64,000 bases of DNA from a virus, in the IMG/VR virus record IMGVR_UViG_3300031997_000006, positions 9,614-73,613 of that record. One strand, written 5' to 3'. Both the position numbers and the translations under genes were made by a program. Position 1 is the first letter of the stretch; the number at the start of each line of letters is the position of its first letter. Below the pieces are notes generated by a model. The model worked only from the letters and a program-made list of their open reading frames with translations, was not told the DNA's origin and ran no database searches. Below are positions 48,746 to 58,503 of the stretch, piece after piece.

Positions 48746-49627
48746 TCATGTACCTACAGTGTTACCAAATACACTTGCATGAACACGATGACAATAGATA
48801 TATCCTCGCTTAATACATTTTAAAGCAACACCTTTTGCAATGTCTTGTTGCTGCTCCATAGTACACGCCATTGGCATAATATATACTTTTTGGTTTGCAG
48901 AGCTATCATTAGCAGAATATAGTTTCATAACATCAGCAACTTCATCAAAATCTGTATCATTGTCTCCACATACAAACTTAAAATATTGTATATGTCCCGA
49001 CACATAACGTTGCATATTAGCAATATTAGGATTAATAGCTACTTCTCGCTTTTCACCACTAACAGACAATTTTGGACTATTACTCCAAACAATCTTACGG
49101 TGTCTACCTCTCATGCTACCATTGTATTCCCATTCATTTAAACTGTCAATGAATGTTTGTTTTAATGGGACAGAACAGTTTGTTTCAATAATAACTGTTT
49201 CAACTGATACCAATATAGGTTCATTCAATAATTCAATAATTTGCTTTTGTTTAAGAGTTGGTTCTCCTCCTGTTAATGATAATATAATGGGAAGTCCTGA
49301 TCTGGATTTCCAAGAATAATTTGGTAATAAACTTGTTACAACCTCTGCTAACTCTTTAATATCATATCTTTTCCAAAGATGTTTAAATCTTTTATCCCAA
49401 GAATAAATCGAATCACACCCACGAGTTATAAGAGGAATATCTTCTAATTTTGTATAATCTGCTGGGTCAAAACCAAGTACTTCATTCGTAATTTCAACCA
49501 TTTCAGGGTTATTAAACCCCGCACATGTAAAATTGCAACCTGCAAATCTAATGTAAGCTGTTGGATATCCGGCAAACATCGCTTCGCCTTCTATACTTAA
49601 AAAAATTTCACTCACTGGTGCTGTCAT
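48746..49627 (-). CDS. queE: 7-carboxy-7-deazaguanine synthase (radical SAM)
   Basis: EIF.SIEGE, GCNFTC...GCDS, TGGEP, IETN, SPKL, R.H. Confidence 0.9.
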   Translation of the reverse strand: MTAPVSEIFLSIEGEAMFAGYPTAYIRFAGCNFTCAGFNNPEMVEITNEVLGFDPADYTKLEDIPLITRGCDSIYSWDKRFKHLWKRYDIKELAEVVTSLLPNYSWKSRSGLPIILSLTGGEPTLKQKQIIELLNEPILVSVETVIIETNCSVPLKQTFIDSLNEWEYNGSMRGRHRKIVWSNSPKLSVSGEKREVAINPNIANMQRYVSGHIQYFKFVCGDNDTDFDEVADVMKLYSANDSSANQKVYIMPMACTMEQQQDIAKGVALKCIKRGYIYCHRVHASVFGNTVGT

Positions 49628-49628
49628 A

Positions 49629-49877
49629 TTATTTCCTTATATTTGATACTATTGTGCTTATTCTGTCTGCAAGCTTTGGATTTAATTCATCTCCATCACA
49701 ATCTCTACGAACACACATATTAAACGCTGACTCTAAAACTTGACAAGCTTCATCAAGAAGTTTATTTTTTTCATAAGTTGCTTCATTTTCAACTTGCTTT
49801 AATACTTGTAATAACGATAAACTGTTAGGTATACCAACTTGTTCCATCAATTGTTTATAACGATTATCAGAAATCAT
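49629..49877 (-). CDS. Hypothetical protein
   Basis: AGGAG RBS; co-transcribed with queE. Confidence 0.55.
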   Translation of the reverse strand: MISDNRYKQLMEQVGIPNSLSLLQVLKQVENEATYEKNKLLDEACQVLESAFNMCVRRDCDGDELNPKLADRISTIVSNIRK

Positions 49878-50030
49878 ATATTCTCCTTTTTATGTTGATA
49901 TAAATTATACTATAAACCACCAAGTTAATCCACTAATATGTTAAATATATTACTCGGATGTAAAAGCATCTGAGTGAGTTGATTGAGAAATTATAAATAT
50001 AAATACGTAATATTTATTAAAGGTAATTTC

Positions 50031-50588
50031 ATGTTATTAATAGAACTTGTAGGAATAATAGACGGACAGTCAGCTGTTGCAGCTGCAAATAGTATTAAAC
50101 GAGATTGTCAGCGTTTTATTAAAGAATGGGGTAGTATACCCATGCCTGATTGTGCTATATATAGAGGTATGATTAATAGTTGGCCTAATATATTATATTA
50201 TACTAAACCTAATCGAACTCCAGTAGGTATGGATGTAGCTACCCAAAATAAACTCGATGATTTTTTTCAAGAAGAATTTGGTCACAGGTATAGAAGTGAA
50301 CATTCATTATTTTGTACTGGTAATCCTGAACATACGAAATTATTTGGAGATGTACATGTAATTTTTCCAATAGGGAAGTATTCATATATATGGTCACCTG
50401 AAGTAAATGATATTAATTATACATTATTAAGTCAGTCTACTGATGAAATAATAGCTAATACTCATTTTATTCATAATAAATTACTAAATAAAGTGCTAGA
50501 TCATGAAGTAATGATCAATGTTGAATCATATTACGCAATACCAATAAAAATTTATAAGAGATCTGTATATCCATTGCTCATTAAATAG
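50031..50588 (+). CDS. Hypothetical late protein, possible ADP-ribosyltransferase-like fold
   Basis: Tandem TATAAATA at 49992-50005; IYRG...SLFCT...HEVM spaced like an R-S-E ART. Confidence 0.45.
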   Translation: MLLIELVGIIDGQSAVAAANSIKRDCQRFIKEWGSIPMPDCAIYRGMINSWPNILYYTKPNRTPVGMDVATQNKLDDFFQEEFGHRYRSEHSLFCTGNPEHTKLFGDVHVIFPIGKYSYIWSPEVNDINYTLLSQSTDEIIANTHFIHNKLLNKVLDHEVMINVESYYAIPIKIYKRSVYPLLIK

Positions 50589-50678
50589 GAATATATAATG
50601 AAAGTGCAAGCATTATTTGAAATGATGATAAATTTGCGAACACCACAAACTGATGATAAAGTTTTACCGTATGTTGAT

Positions 50679-51770
50679 TTATATTAATTTATTATAATCA
50701 GATTCCCACATAACAACAAGATTATAACCTAAATTTTTAATTTTTTGTTCACGATCAATAGTTTTTTGATATAATTCACCCATTGTCTTGTATATTAATG
50801 TATTATAAAAATCTGAAGTATATATATTGGTATTTCCATGATAATAATCACCATAAAACTCATATATAGTATTTGTTGACTCACAATAACCATCAGCTTT
50901 ATATCTTGTAGTTTTTATTTTGTGTTCTCCTATATTACCCGCATGTTGAATAAATATATTTTCACTTTGCATAATTGATTCAATCCAATTAATACTCTTT
51001 TGACTGTGTCCCATAGAATTACATTTACTACACCCACTACCATTTAAATGTGAGTTTGGTATTTGTGGAAAATCACCATGTTTATTACAATGTAATATAA
51101 TTTTACTATCACTTTTTACATATACTACTTTTGAATAATCGTATTTGTTATTATGAATTAAATTTGCTTGAACAATAAACTCTTCAGTCGAACTAACACG
51201 ACCAGTACATTTAATACATCCAGTACCGCACAAATGATAATGAGGTTTTTGTGGAAATTCACCATGTATTTTACAAAAAATAATTACTTCTGTAAGAGCA
51301 TTGATAAAATCAACTTTTGAGTAATTATATTTATTTCCGTGAACTAATTTAGCTTTTTTAATAAAATCTGAAGTTGATTTAACTTTACCTCCACATAATG
51401 GACACCCACTACCACTCAAATGTGAATCAGGCTTTTGTGGAAATTCACCGTGTAGTTTACAAATTATTATCACTTCAGTGTTATTTTTTATATAGTCAAC
51501 ATTTGAATAATCGTATCTTTCACTATGAATTAATTTTGCACTTTTAATAAATTTAACAGTAGTAGATCTACGATTAACTATTCTACAAAAAGGACACCCA
51601 TGACCAGTTAAATGATCTTCTGGTTTTTGTGGAAACTCTCCATGCTTATTACAAATAATAATAACTTTAATATTACTTTTTATATAATCAACTTTTGAGT
51701 AATCATATAAATCACCATGTTTTAACCTTGCTTTTGTTATAAATTCTGGTAATGTAGTTTTTCTTGTCAT
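50679..51770 (-). CDS. Putative homing endonuclease with DUF723-type zinc repeats and C-terminal PD-(D/E)XK/Vsr-like nuclease
   Basis: Four FI.KA...HG..YDYSKV.Y...IC..HGEF.Q.P..HL.G.GC..C repeats; ADG...YEFYGDYYHG...WE. Confidence 0.85.
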   Translation of the reverse strand: MTRKTTLPEFITKARLKHGDLYDYSKVDYIKSNIKVIIICNKHGEFPQKPEDHLTGHGCPFCRIVNRRSTTVKFIKSAKLIHSERYDYSNVDYIKNNTEVIIICKLHGEFPQKPDSHLSGSGCPLCGGKVKSTSDFIKKAKLVHGNKYNYSKVDFINALTEVIIFCKIHGEFPQKPHYHLCGTGCIKCTGRVSSTEEFIVQANLIHNNKYDYSKVVYVKSDSKIILHCNKHGDFPQIPNSHLNGSGCSKCNSMGHSQKSINWIESIMQSENIFIQHAGNIGEHKIKTTRYKADGYCESTNTIYEFYGDYYHGNTNIYTSDFYNTLIYKTMGELYQKTIDREQKIKNLGYNLVVMWESDYNKLI

Positions 51771-51846
51771 TAAAACGTTCCACCTTTATGGTTGTATTAT
51801 ATCATTATAAACTTTTATCAACTCATATATTATATAAATACACGAG

Positions 51847-51887
51847 TTGATTTAATATATTATAAGAGCTATAATATATTAAATCAA
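51847..51887. promoter_or_regulatory. Palindromic bidirectional sigma70-type promoter
   Basis: 18-bp perfect inverted repeat giving TTGATT-17-TATAAT on both strands. Confidence 0.7.
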
Positions 51888-51888
51888 G

Positions 51889-51925
51889 AGAGGTCCATGC
51901 TCATCCCTCTATAAATATTCTGTGT
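51889..51925 (+). ncRNA. preQ1-I-like riboswitch aptamer candidate
   Basis: AGAGG-TCCATGCTCATC-CCTCT-ATAAATATTCTGTGT directly upstream of the queD-like gene. Confidence 0.55.
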
Positions 51926-51959
51926 TATTAGTTAACATTAATTATAAGGAAATTTAAAA

Positions 51960-52868
51960 ATGAAAAATAACACAAATAAAACACATTTACGTGCCTCCAT
52001 CTTCTTAAGTGATTTAACCGTTGTAGACCACGCTTACATTGATAATAAAGGACGAGTAGTAGGAGGATCATATAATCCTGGATTTATAGTAACAGGTGAA
52101 GTTTCAGATGATGAAAGTGTTGTTGTAGATTTTTCTACAGTAAAAAAAGATTTAAAAACCCACATGGATAAGCATATATTTGATATTGACTATAATGGAT
52201 TTGATCATAAATTATGGATAATTCAAGGTTATTCAAATTGTAAATTTCATGATGATACAATTAATGATGAATGTCGTGTTGAAATTATAACTCCAGCATT
52301 TATAGGTATATTTCCAAGTGATGCAATCAGGTATATTAAAAACCCATTAGATGCTAAATTTAGTGATGCATTTATGGGCTCACAATTTGCTATACATTTA
52401 ACAGATTGTTTAGCAAAATTATATCCTGATGTTAAGATTCAAGTTGAATGCACAAATACAACAAATGTACATTTAATGGACCCGTTTATGCCTATTGAAA
52501 TGTTCAGATATAGCCATGGTTTAAAAGATAGCACTAGTTGGGGATGTCAAAATCTTGCTCATGGACATTTTTCTTATATACAATACTTTGATAACGAAGA
52601 GTGTAAAAAAATAGCACAAGATTTACACAATGCAGTTTTTATTAATGCTGAAAATATTATACATGAAGACAATGATGAAATAACAATTGAATATACTACT
52701 TCACAGCGTGGATATTTTAGAGGTACATATAATAAACTATTACATAAAATAATAGTATTATCCACTGAAACTACAATTGAATATATTGGAAATTTTATAA
52801 AAGATACATATAATATTTCTAATTTTTATGTAAGTGAAGGACTAAGTAAAGGTACATATATGGGATAA
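51960..52868 (+). CDS. queD: QueD-like (bimodular) 6-carboxytetrahydropterin synthase
   Basis: LTVVDH.Y, VVDFSTVKK, DHKLW, YSHGLK...GCQNLAHGH, ETTIE. Confidence 0.8.
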   Translation: MKNNTNKTHLRASIFLSDLTVVDHAYIDNKGRVVGGSYNPGFIVTGEVSDDESVVVDFSTVKKDLKTHMDKHIFDIDYNGFDHKLWIIQGYSNCKFHDDTINDECRVEIITPAFIGIFPSDAIRYIKNPLDAKFSDAFMGSQFAIHLTDCLAKLYPDVKIQVECTNTTNVHLMDPFMPIEMFRYSHGLKDSTSWGCQNLAHGHFSYIQYFDNEECKKIAQDLHNAVFINAENIIHEDNDEITIEYTTSQRGYFRGTYNKLLHKIIVLSTETTIEYIGNFIKDTYNISNFYVSEGLSKGTYMG

Positions 52869-52871
52869 TTT

Positions 52872-53510
52872 ATGAGATATAAACAATTATTAGAAAATCC
52901 ATTATTCGCTCCAATTTCGTCTCGAGATTATTGGGATAGTGATGATTATATTGATATTAGTGATATTAAACATAATTTTACATATTTATGTTCTGTAATA
53001 GTTAATAATATTGAAGTTAAATTTTTTGAATTAAATAATAAACAACAAATTATTGGTTGTATAAAATCAATTATGCCATATGAAAATAATAAACCTGGAT
53101 ATCATATGATATTTATTTTACATGTTAAAAAAACAAATATAAAATTACCAGTGGAATTTAATAATGATAATATTATTCAAACTATAGATGTATCTACAGA
53201 TCGTAAATTTGCCTTCAGAGGATTAACTACGTTTGTATATTTTAATGTCCTTGTTGATAAATTAGGGTACACGGTAGTTTGTGGTGATGAACATTTATTT
53301 GGAGGTGTTAAACTTTGGCGCAAAATGTCAAGAGTTGCAATGCAGTATAATAAAGTAATATATCTTATAAAAGACGGACAATATGTTTTAGATAAAAATA
53401 ATCAACCATTAGTATTTGATGATACTAATTTCCCTAAATCAAAAATTTGGAGCACTCTACCAAATGAAAGTGGTAAAAATGTATTATTCGTAATTAAAAA
53501 TAAAGAATAA
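52872..53510 (+). CDS. GNAT-like protein
   Basis: V.TDRKFAFRGLTT..Y (motif A-like) and GG..LW; MRYKQLLEN N-terminus. Confidence 0.5.
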   Translation: MRYKQLLENPLFAPISSRDYWDSDDYIDISDIKHNFTYLCSVIVNNIEVKFFELNNKQQIIGCIKSIMPYENNKPGYHMIFILHVKKTNIKLPVEFNNDNIIQTIDVSTDRKFAFRGLTTFVYFNVLVDKLGYTVVCGDEHLFGGVKLWRKMSRVAMQYNKVIYLIKDGQYVLDKNNQPLVFDDTNFPKSKIWSTLPNESGKNVLFVIKNKE

Positions 53511-53513
53511 TTC

Positions 53514-54167
53514 ATGTTTAACCATTTTAATATTAACGAAACAGGACGAGATTTTGTAGTAGGAGATATACATGGATGTTTTGACCAACTACGAACAGCT
53601 TTATTATCAGTTGATTTTTTGTATGATACTGATAGGTTGTTTTGTGTTGGAGATTTAGTCGATCGGGGTCCTAATTCAGAAGAATGTATCGAGTGGTTGC
53701 AAAAACCTTGGTTTTATTCTATTCGCGGGAACCACGAGCAAATGGCAATCGATTATCTAGCTGGTTCGTATGCTACTAATATCTATCTCGCTAACGGAGG
53801 TGCGTGGTTTATCGGATTAACACACATAGAACAAATTGATATTGTAAATGAGTTTATAGCACTACCAATTGCACTTGATATTCAAACTAAAAATGGATTA
53901 ATAGGGCTTGTACACGCTGAGTGTCCAGTAAATGATTGGACACAATTAGAAATTGAATTTGCTGGAATTAGTTCTAGAATATATATTGAAATATGCATAT
54001 GGTATCGAACACGATTTAATTGTAACATTACCAGTCTTGTTGATAATGTTGCTCAAATTTATGTTGGACATACTCCAACACTTGAACCTAAGCAACTAGG
54101 TAATGTAAATTATATTGACACAGGTGCTGTATTTGGTAATAAATTAACAATTATACAAATTAATTAA
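53514..54167 (+). CDS. Ser/Thr protein phosphatase (PphA/NinI-like metallophosphoesterase)
   Basis: GDIHG, GDLVDRG, RGNHE, GHT, IDTG. Confidence 0.92.
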   Translation: MFNHFNINETGRDFVVGDIHGCFDQLRTALLSVDFLYDTDRLFCVGDLVDRGPNSEECIEWLQKPWFYSIRGNHEQMAIDYLAGSYATNIYLANGGAWFIGLTHIEQIDIVNEFIALPIALDIQTKNGLIGLVHAECPVNDWTQLEIEFAGISSRIYIEICIWYRTRFNCNITSLVDNVAQIYVGHTPTLEPKQLGNVNYIDTGAVFGNKLTIIQIN

Positions 54168-54343
54168 ACGGTGATTTATATGTCATATTATAAATTTTGG
54201 TATAAATTTTCTAAAAAATATGGATTTCGTTGGGTATTATCTCATTTTATTCGAAATTTATATTTTAAATACTATCGTATGCGTGCATGGTGTGCATATA
54301 AACGATATTGTTATAATCGTAGAATTATCAGATTTTTAAAATT

Positions 54344-54589
54344 ATGAATCAGCAAATTGAACAATATATTAACGAAATAGTTGTTGATAAAGATTGGGAT
54401 ATAGATCACAATTATGAGTATATCCAGATCAATAAGAATAAATATTATGGAGACGGTCAAGGTGATTTTGAAAAATCATCTTATGATGTTACTAATAAGT
54501 GTCTTATAGATCATATAGCTTATTGCCGAGAGCAAATTGCATTAGCTAAAAACGAGTTAAAAAAGCGCAAATTAGCGAAAAAATTATGA
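54344..54589 (+). CDS. Hypothetical protein
   Basis: 81-aa ORF in the operon. Confidence 0.5.
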   Translation: MNQQIEQYINEIVVDKDWDIDHNYEYIQINKNKYYGDGQGDFEKSSYDVTNKCLIDHIAYCREQIALAKNELKKRKLAKKL

Positions 54590-54605
54590 AATCAAGGATA
54601 ATATT

Positions 54606-54911
54606 ATGACAACAACACAAAATATATTTTTAACAAATATTGTAACATTAATGGACAGTGTATATTCTAAACCCAGTTATTCAGTTAACATAGATCACCA
54701 TGTTGATGTTACTGCTGGTCCAACTGAAGAAATAGCCAAATTGAGACAATCAAAACTATCTTTAAATATTAATTTGTTTAAAGATGCGGTTTACCTCACA
54801 GAAACATCTGACTACGCCGAACTAGGACAATTATGGAAATCATTACACCCGTTAAATGTTTGGGGTGGTGATTTTGGATATGGTTGTATTTTTTCTATGA
54901 GTCAATCATAA
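54606..54911 (+). CDS. Hypothetical protein
   Basis: 101-aa ORF with AAGGA RBS. Confidence 0.5.
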   Translation: MTTTQNIFLTNIVTLMDSVYSKPSYSVNIDHHVDVTAGPTEEIAKLRQSKLSLNINLFKDAVYLTETSDYAELGQLWKSLHPLNVWGGDFGYGCIFSMSQS

Positions 54912-54970
54912 ATTATAATATTAGTAGAGTAAAAACATAAATATAGTATACACTATACGAGGTACAAATT

Positions 54971-56335
54971 ATGTCATTACTCCAAAAGTTGCTTGAAAGT
55001 TCTAAAAAAGATAAAAAAACTGAATTAAAAAAAGCAGTAGTTAAAACAATTGATAAAACCGTTAAAATAAAAAAAAATACTAAGAAAAAAACAGCTAATG
55101 AGAATCAAAATAGTACATCATTATTACATGAGTTAGTTGATGAGTATAGTGTTTGGCATAAAAAAAATAACCCTAATGATGAGATATATAATCCGGAAGA
55201 AACTAAAGACGAAATACGAGCTAAAATACAAACATTAACAGTAAAAATAAAAAAGTTAGAAGATAAATTACATTGGAGAGAAGCTGATTATGTTCGATCT
55301 AAAATAAATCAACTAAACTTAAAATTATATAAACTTATAAAAGTATCTGAATCTAAAAAAACTAGTAATACTTTGTTAAAAGAATTACAAGATTCAGACG
55401 ACGCAGAGCATTTAAGTAAATCTGAAATAGAACACAAACTGGATAAGTTATTGAATCGACAACGTCAGTTAAGAAATGCTGGTGATAATGAAAAAGCTGA
55501 AACGTTAAATTTTGGAATAAAGCTGCTTGCACATAGATTAAGATTAACTGGTATGGTATCTAAAAATGATACATATGCTTCTTTATACCACCCCTGGCAG
55601 TTGCATGAATCAAAACAATTAAAAAATAAAGAAACAAAAAATGGTAAAAATACTATTTCTAAAATGAACGATAATGTAAAAGAATCAAAGACTCCAACAT
55701 TATTACGTAAGTTGCTTGAAGGTGATGAACCTATGAGTAAATCTGAAATAGAAGCAAAAATTGATGAATTAAGTATAAGAAAAAGATATTTTCAAGATAA
55801 ACGAGAACATAGACAAGCTGATTATGTGAACTCAGAAATAACACATTATATTCGTAAATTAAGAGCACTTGGTCCTGTTTCTGACAAAGACTCGTATGCT
55901 AGGTTATATCATACATCACAAATTATTAAATCTGAAGATGAAGAAGAATTAATTAATAGTCAACCTGGTATGGACCGATTAAAAGATAAAGTTGCATCTG
56001 AAGAAGCGCATAAGCAATATACACAATTACAAGCTACAAATAACTTATCGTGGGATGAAAAAGAAGAACTTGAAGCAATGGCTCATAGTAAAACTAAAGC
56101 AGAACCTGATCCAGTTAAAAAAATAGAATGGGAGTTGCATAAATTGGAAGCACAAAAAGCTCATCATCAAGCTCATCTCAATAGAGCTAATGCTAAATTA
56201 CAGGATCTAGATATTCAAGATCATGTTCGTAGTATGATTAAACATATTACCATTCCTGAACAAGAAACTGCTATAAAAAAACTAACAGCAAAGATTTATA
56301 AGTATCACACAGAGTTAGATCAATTACACGCATAA
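54971..56335 (+). CDS. Repetitive, highly charged putative internal head protein
   Basis: CATAAATA at 54935; repeated (S/T)LL..L.E/D motifs and three K.EI..K helical repeats. Confidence 0.6.
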   Translation: MSLLQKLLESSKKDKKTELKKAVVKTIDKTVKIKKNTKKKTANENQNSTSLLHELVDEYSVWHKKNNPNDEIYNPEETKDEIRAKIQTLTVKIKKLEDKLHWREADYVRSKINQLNLKLYKLIKVSESKKTSNTLLKELQDSDDAEHLSKSEIEHKLDKLLNRQRQLRNAGDNEKAETLNFGIKLLAHRLRLTGMVSKNDTYASLYHPWQLHESKQLKNKETKNGKNTISKMNDNVKESKTPTLLRKLLEGDEPMSKSEIEAKIDELSIRKRYFQDKREHRQADYVNSEITHYIRKLRALGPVSDKDSYARLYHTSQIIKSEDEEELINSQPGMDRLKDKVASEEAHKQYTQLQATNNLSWDEKEELEAMAHSKTKAEPDPVKKIEWELHKLEAQKAHHQAHLNRANAKLQDLDIQDHVRSMIKHITIPEQETAIKKLTAKIYKYHTELDQLHA

Positions 56336-56415
56336 TATATTAATACTAGTTGATATTAGCAATATTATTTCATATAATATTGCTAGTTTTAATATAACTA
56401 GTATTAATAATAGAT

Positions 56416-57444
56416 ATGACGACACTTACCGCTGAATATATTTTAAAAATACCTAAAGATAAACCTGAAAAATTATTTACATATGATTCATATATAAGAG
56501 AATCTAAAGTTTTACTTAAAATTTGGCACCCTGATGTATGTGACCACACAGATGCTGATAAAGTAACAGCTCACATAAATGTTCTAGTTAAAGTTGCAAA
56601 AGAAAAAATAGCTAAAAATAATTGGAGTATTAATGCCGTATTTGAATTTATTTCTGATGGTACAACTTATCGAATGAAATATAAAAAACACCATTCGTTT
56701 GAATTAGGAGATATGTATATTGGAGATACAAAAGTTATTTACATCATAAAGGATGAATATAAAAAATTATCAGATAATGCAATTAATATTATTGCTAACT
56801 TGCGGTACGCGAGTGATAAAATGAAACAAGAATTTCAAAAATATGTACCCCACTACTTAACCTATTACACAGCAAATTGTGGTCAAGTTATTGTAATAAA
56901 CAAAACTAAAGATTTATTGTTATTACATGATGTTATAGAGCATTATGAAAATCATATAATACCTAAAAAGCATGCAATGTGGGTCATAAGTTCACTTTAT
57001 AATATTTCAGCATTTTTAGAGTTTAACAAAATTACTCATAATGCTATATCTCCCATGACAGTATTTATTAGTCCGGAATTTCATAGTGTTACATTATTAG
57101 GTGGCTGGTGGTATACACGTAAAAACGGTGAAAAATTATTAGGTATTCCCGGTAGTTTAATGAGCCTATTTCCAAAATCAGTTATAGAAAGTAAATTAGC
57201 TGAGTCAAAATGTGATAGATTGTTAATAAAAGGTACAGCTATTAAATGTTTAGGTGATGATACAATGACTGGTTCAAAATTATTATCATCGAAAGAGCTT
57301 CCGAGTGCTTTAGTACATTGGTTAAGACAACCAAGTAATAAAACTGCGGTTGATGAATATAAAGCGTGGATGCAAATATTAATAGACACAATGGGTCCAC
57401 GTAAATTCATAGATTTACAATTAACTGTTAATGATATCTACTAA
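56416..57444 (+). CDS. J-domain plus kinase-like (probably inactive) protein
   Basis: KIWHPD; kinase-like lobe with HNAISP and LLGGWWY in place of the HxD and DFG motifs; early promoter at 56350. Confidence 0.7.
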   Translation: MTTLTAEYILKIPKDKPEKLFTYDSYIRESKVLLKIWHPDVCDHTDADKVTAHINVLVKVAKEKIAKNNWSINAVFEFISDGTTYRMKYKKHHSFELGDMYIGDTKVIYIIKDEYKKLSDNAINIIANLRYASDKMKQEFQKYVPHYLTYYTANCGQVIVINKTKDLLLLHDVIEHYENHIIPKKHAMWVISSLYNISAFLEFNKITHNAISPMTVFISPEFHSVTLLGGWWYTRKNGEKLLGIPGSLMSLFPKSVIESKLAESKCDRLLIKGTAIKCLGDDTMTGSKLLSSKELPSALVHWLRQPSNKTAVDEYKAWMQILIDTMGPRKFIDLQLTVNDIY

Positions 57445-57519
57445 AAATCACAGTATTATCAACCGATGATTTAAATCATCATTTTTAAATGTAGTAATAA
57501 TATTAATCACGAGGTATAT

Positions 57520-58440
57520 ATGGGTACAAAAAGATGGGATCCAGATGATTGGAGTAAGTATTCGGCAACAACATCAGCAAAACCAGCTGCAGCAATTTTT
57601 ACTAGTCGTAATTTACATGAGGATTTAGATCCAAAAAAGATCACTATTCGTGAATCACGTGATTCGGATCTAAATCCAAATTCAACACCTGTAATTGCAG
57701 CTTGTGATGTAACTGGTTCAATGGGTATGATTGCTGATTATTTTGTAAAAACAGGATTAGGTAAGTTTTTTGAGGAAGTACTTGATCGTAAACCGGTTTC
57801 AGATCCTCATTTGATGGTAATGGGTGTTGGTGATTTTACATGTGATCACGCACCTCTACAAGTGAGTCAATTTGAGGCAGATATTAAAATTGCAGAACAG
57901 CTTGAAAAGGTTTATATTGAAGGCGGTGGTGGTGCAAATGATAGTGAAAGTTATGATATGGCAGTGTACTTTGCAGCGTATCATACATCGATTGATTGTT
58001 ATGAAAAACATGGTAGAAAAGGTTACTTATTCACAATTGGTGATGAAATGCCACCAGATGGTACACCAAAATTGTTAATTGAAAAGTTCACTGCTGATAC
58101 AGTACAAGCAACTGCTGATTTCAAAGATACTATTACAGCAGCTGAAAAAATGTATAATTATTATCACATTATCGTAGCTGAAGGTAATTACGCACGTAGA
58201 AGATTAGATTCAGTTAAAAAAGCGTGGACTGAATTATTAGGACAAAATGCTGTAGTGTTGGAGGATTATCACAGTTTATCTGAATTGATGGTAAGTCTTA
58301 TAGAGATTAATGAAGGTCGTGATAAAGATGATGTTATCAGTAGTTGGTCAGGTACAACCGCCGTTGTTATTGCATCTGCTGTAAAAGATATTAAAACAAC
58401 AGGTGCAACTTCAGCAACTGGTGTTGTGTTGTTTGATTAA
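57520..58440 (+). CDS. vWA-domain protein
   Basis: DVTGSMG MIDAS-like motif, EGGGG...ESY, FTIGDE. Confidence 0.8.
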   Translation: MGTKRWDPDDWSKYSATTSAKPAAAIFTSRNLHEDLDPKKITIRESRDSDLNPNSTPVIAACDVTGSMGMIADYFVKTGLGKFFEEVLDRKPVSDPHLMVMGVGDFTCDHAPLQVSQFEADIKIAEQLEKVYIEGGGGANDSESYDMAVYFAAYHTSIDCYEKHGRKGYLFTIGDEMPPDGTPKLLIEKFTADTVQATADFKDTITAAEKMYNYYHIIVAEGNYARRRLDSVKKAWTELLGQNAVVLEDYHSLSELMVSLIEINEGRDKDDVISSWSGTTAVVIASAVKDIKTTGATSATGVVLFD

Positions 58441-58503
58441 CATCGATAGTATTATACTCCCAGTGTAATATCTGGGAGTGATAAATTTAATTAATATAAA
58501 AAT

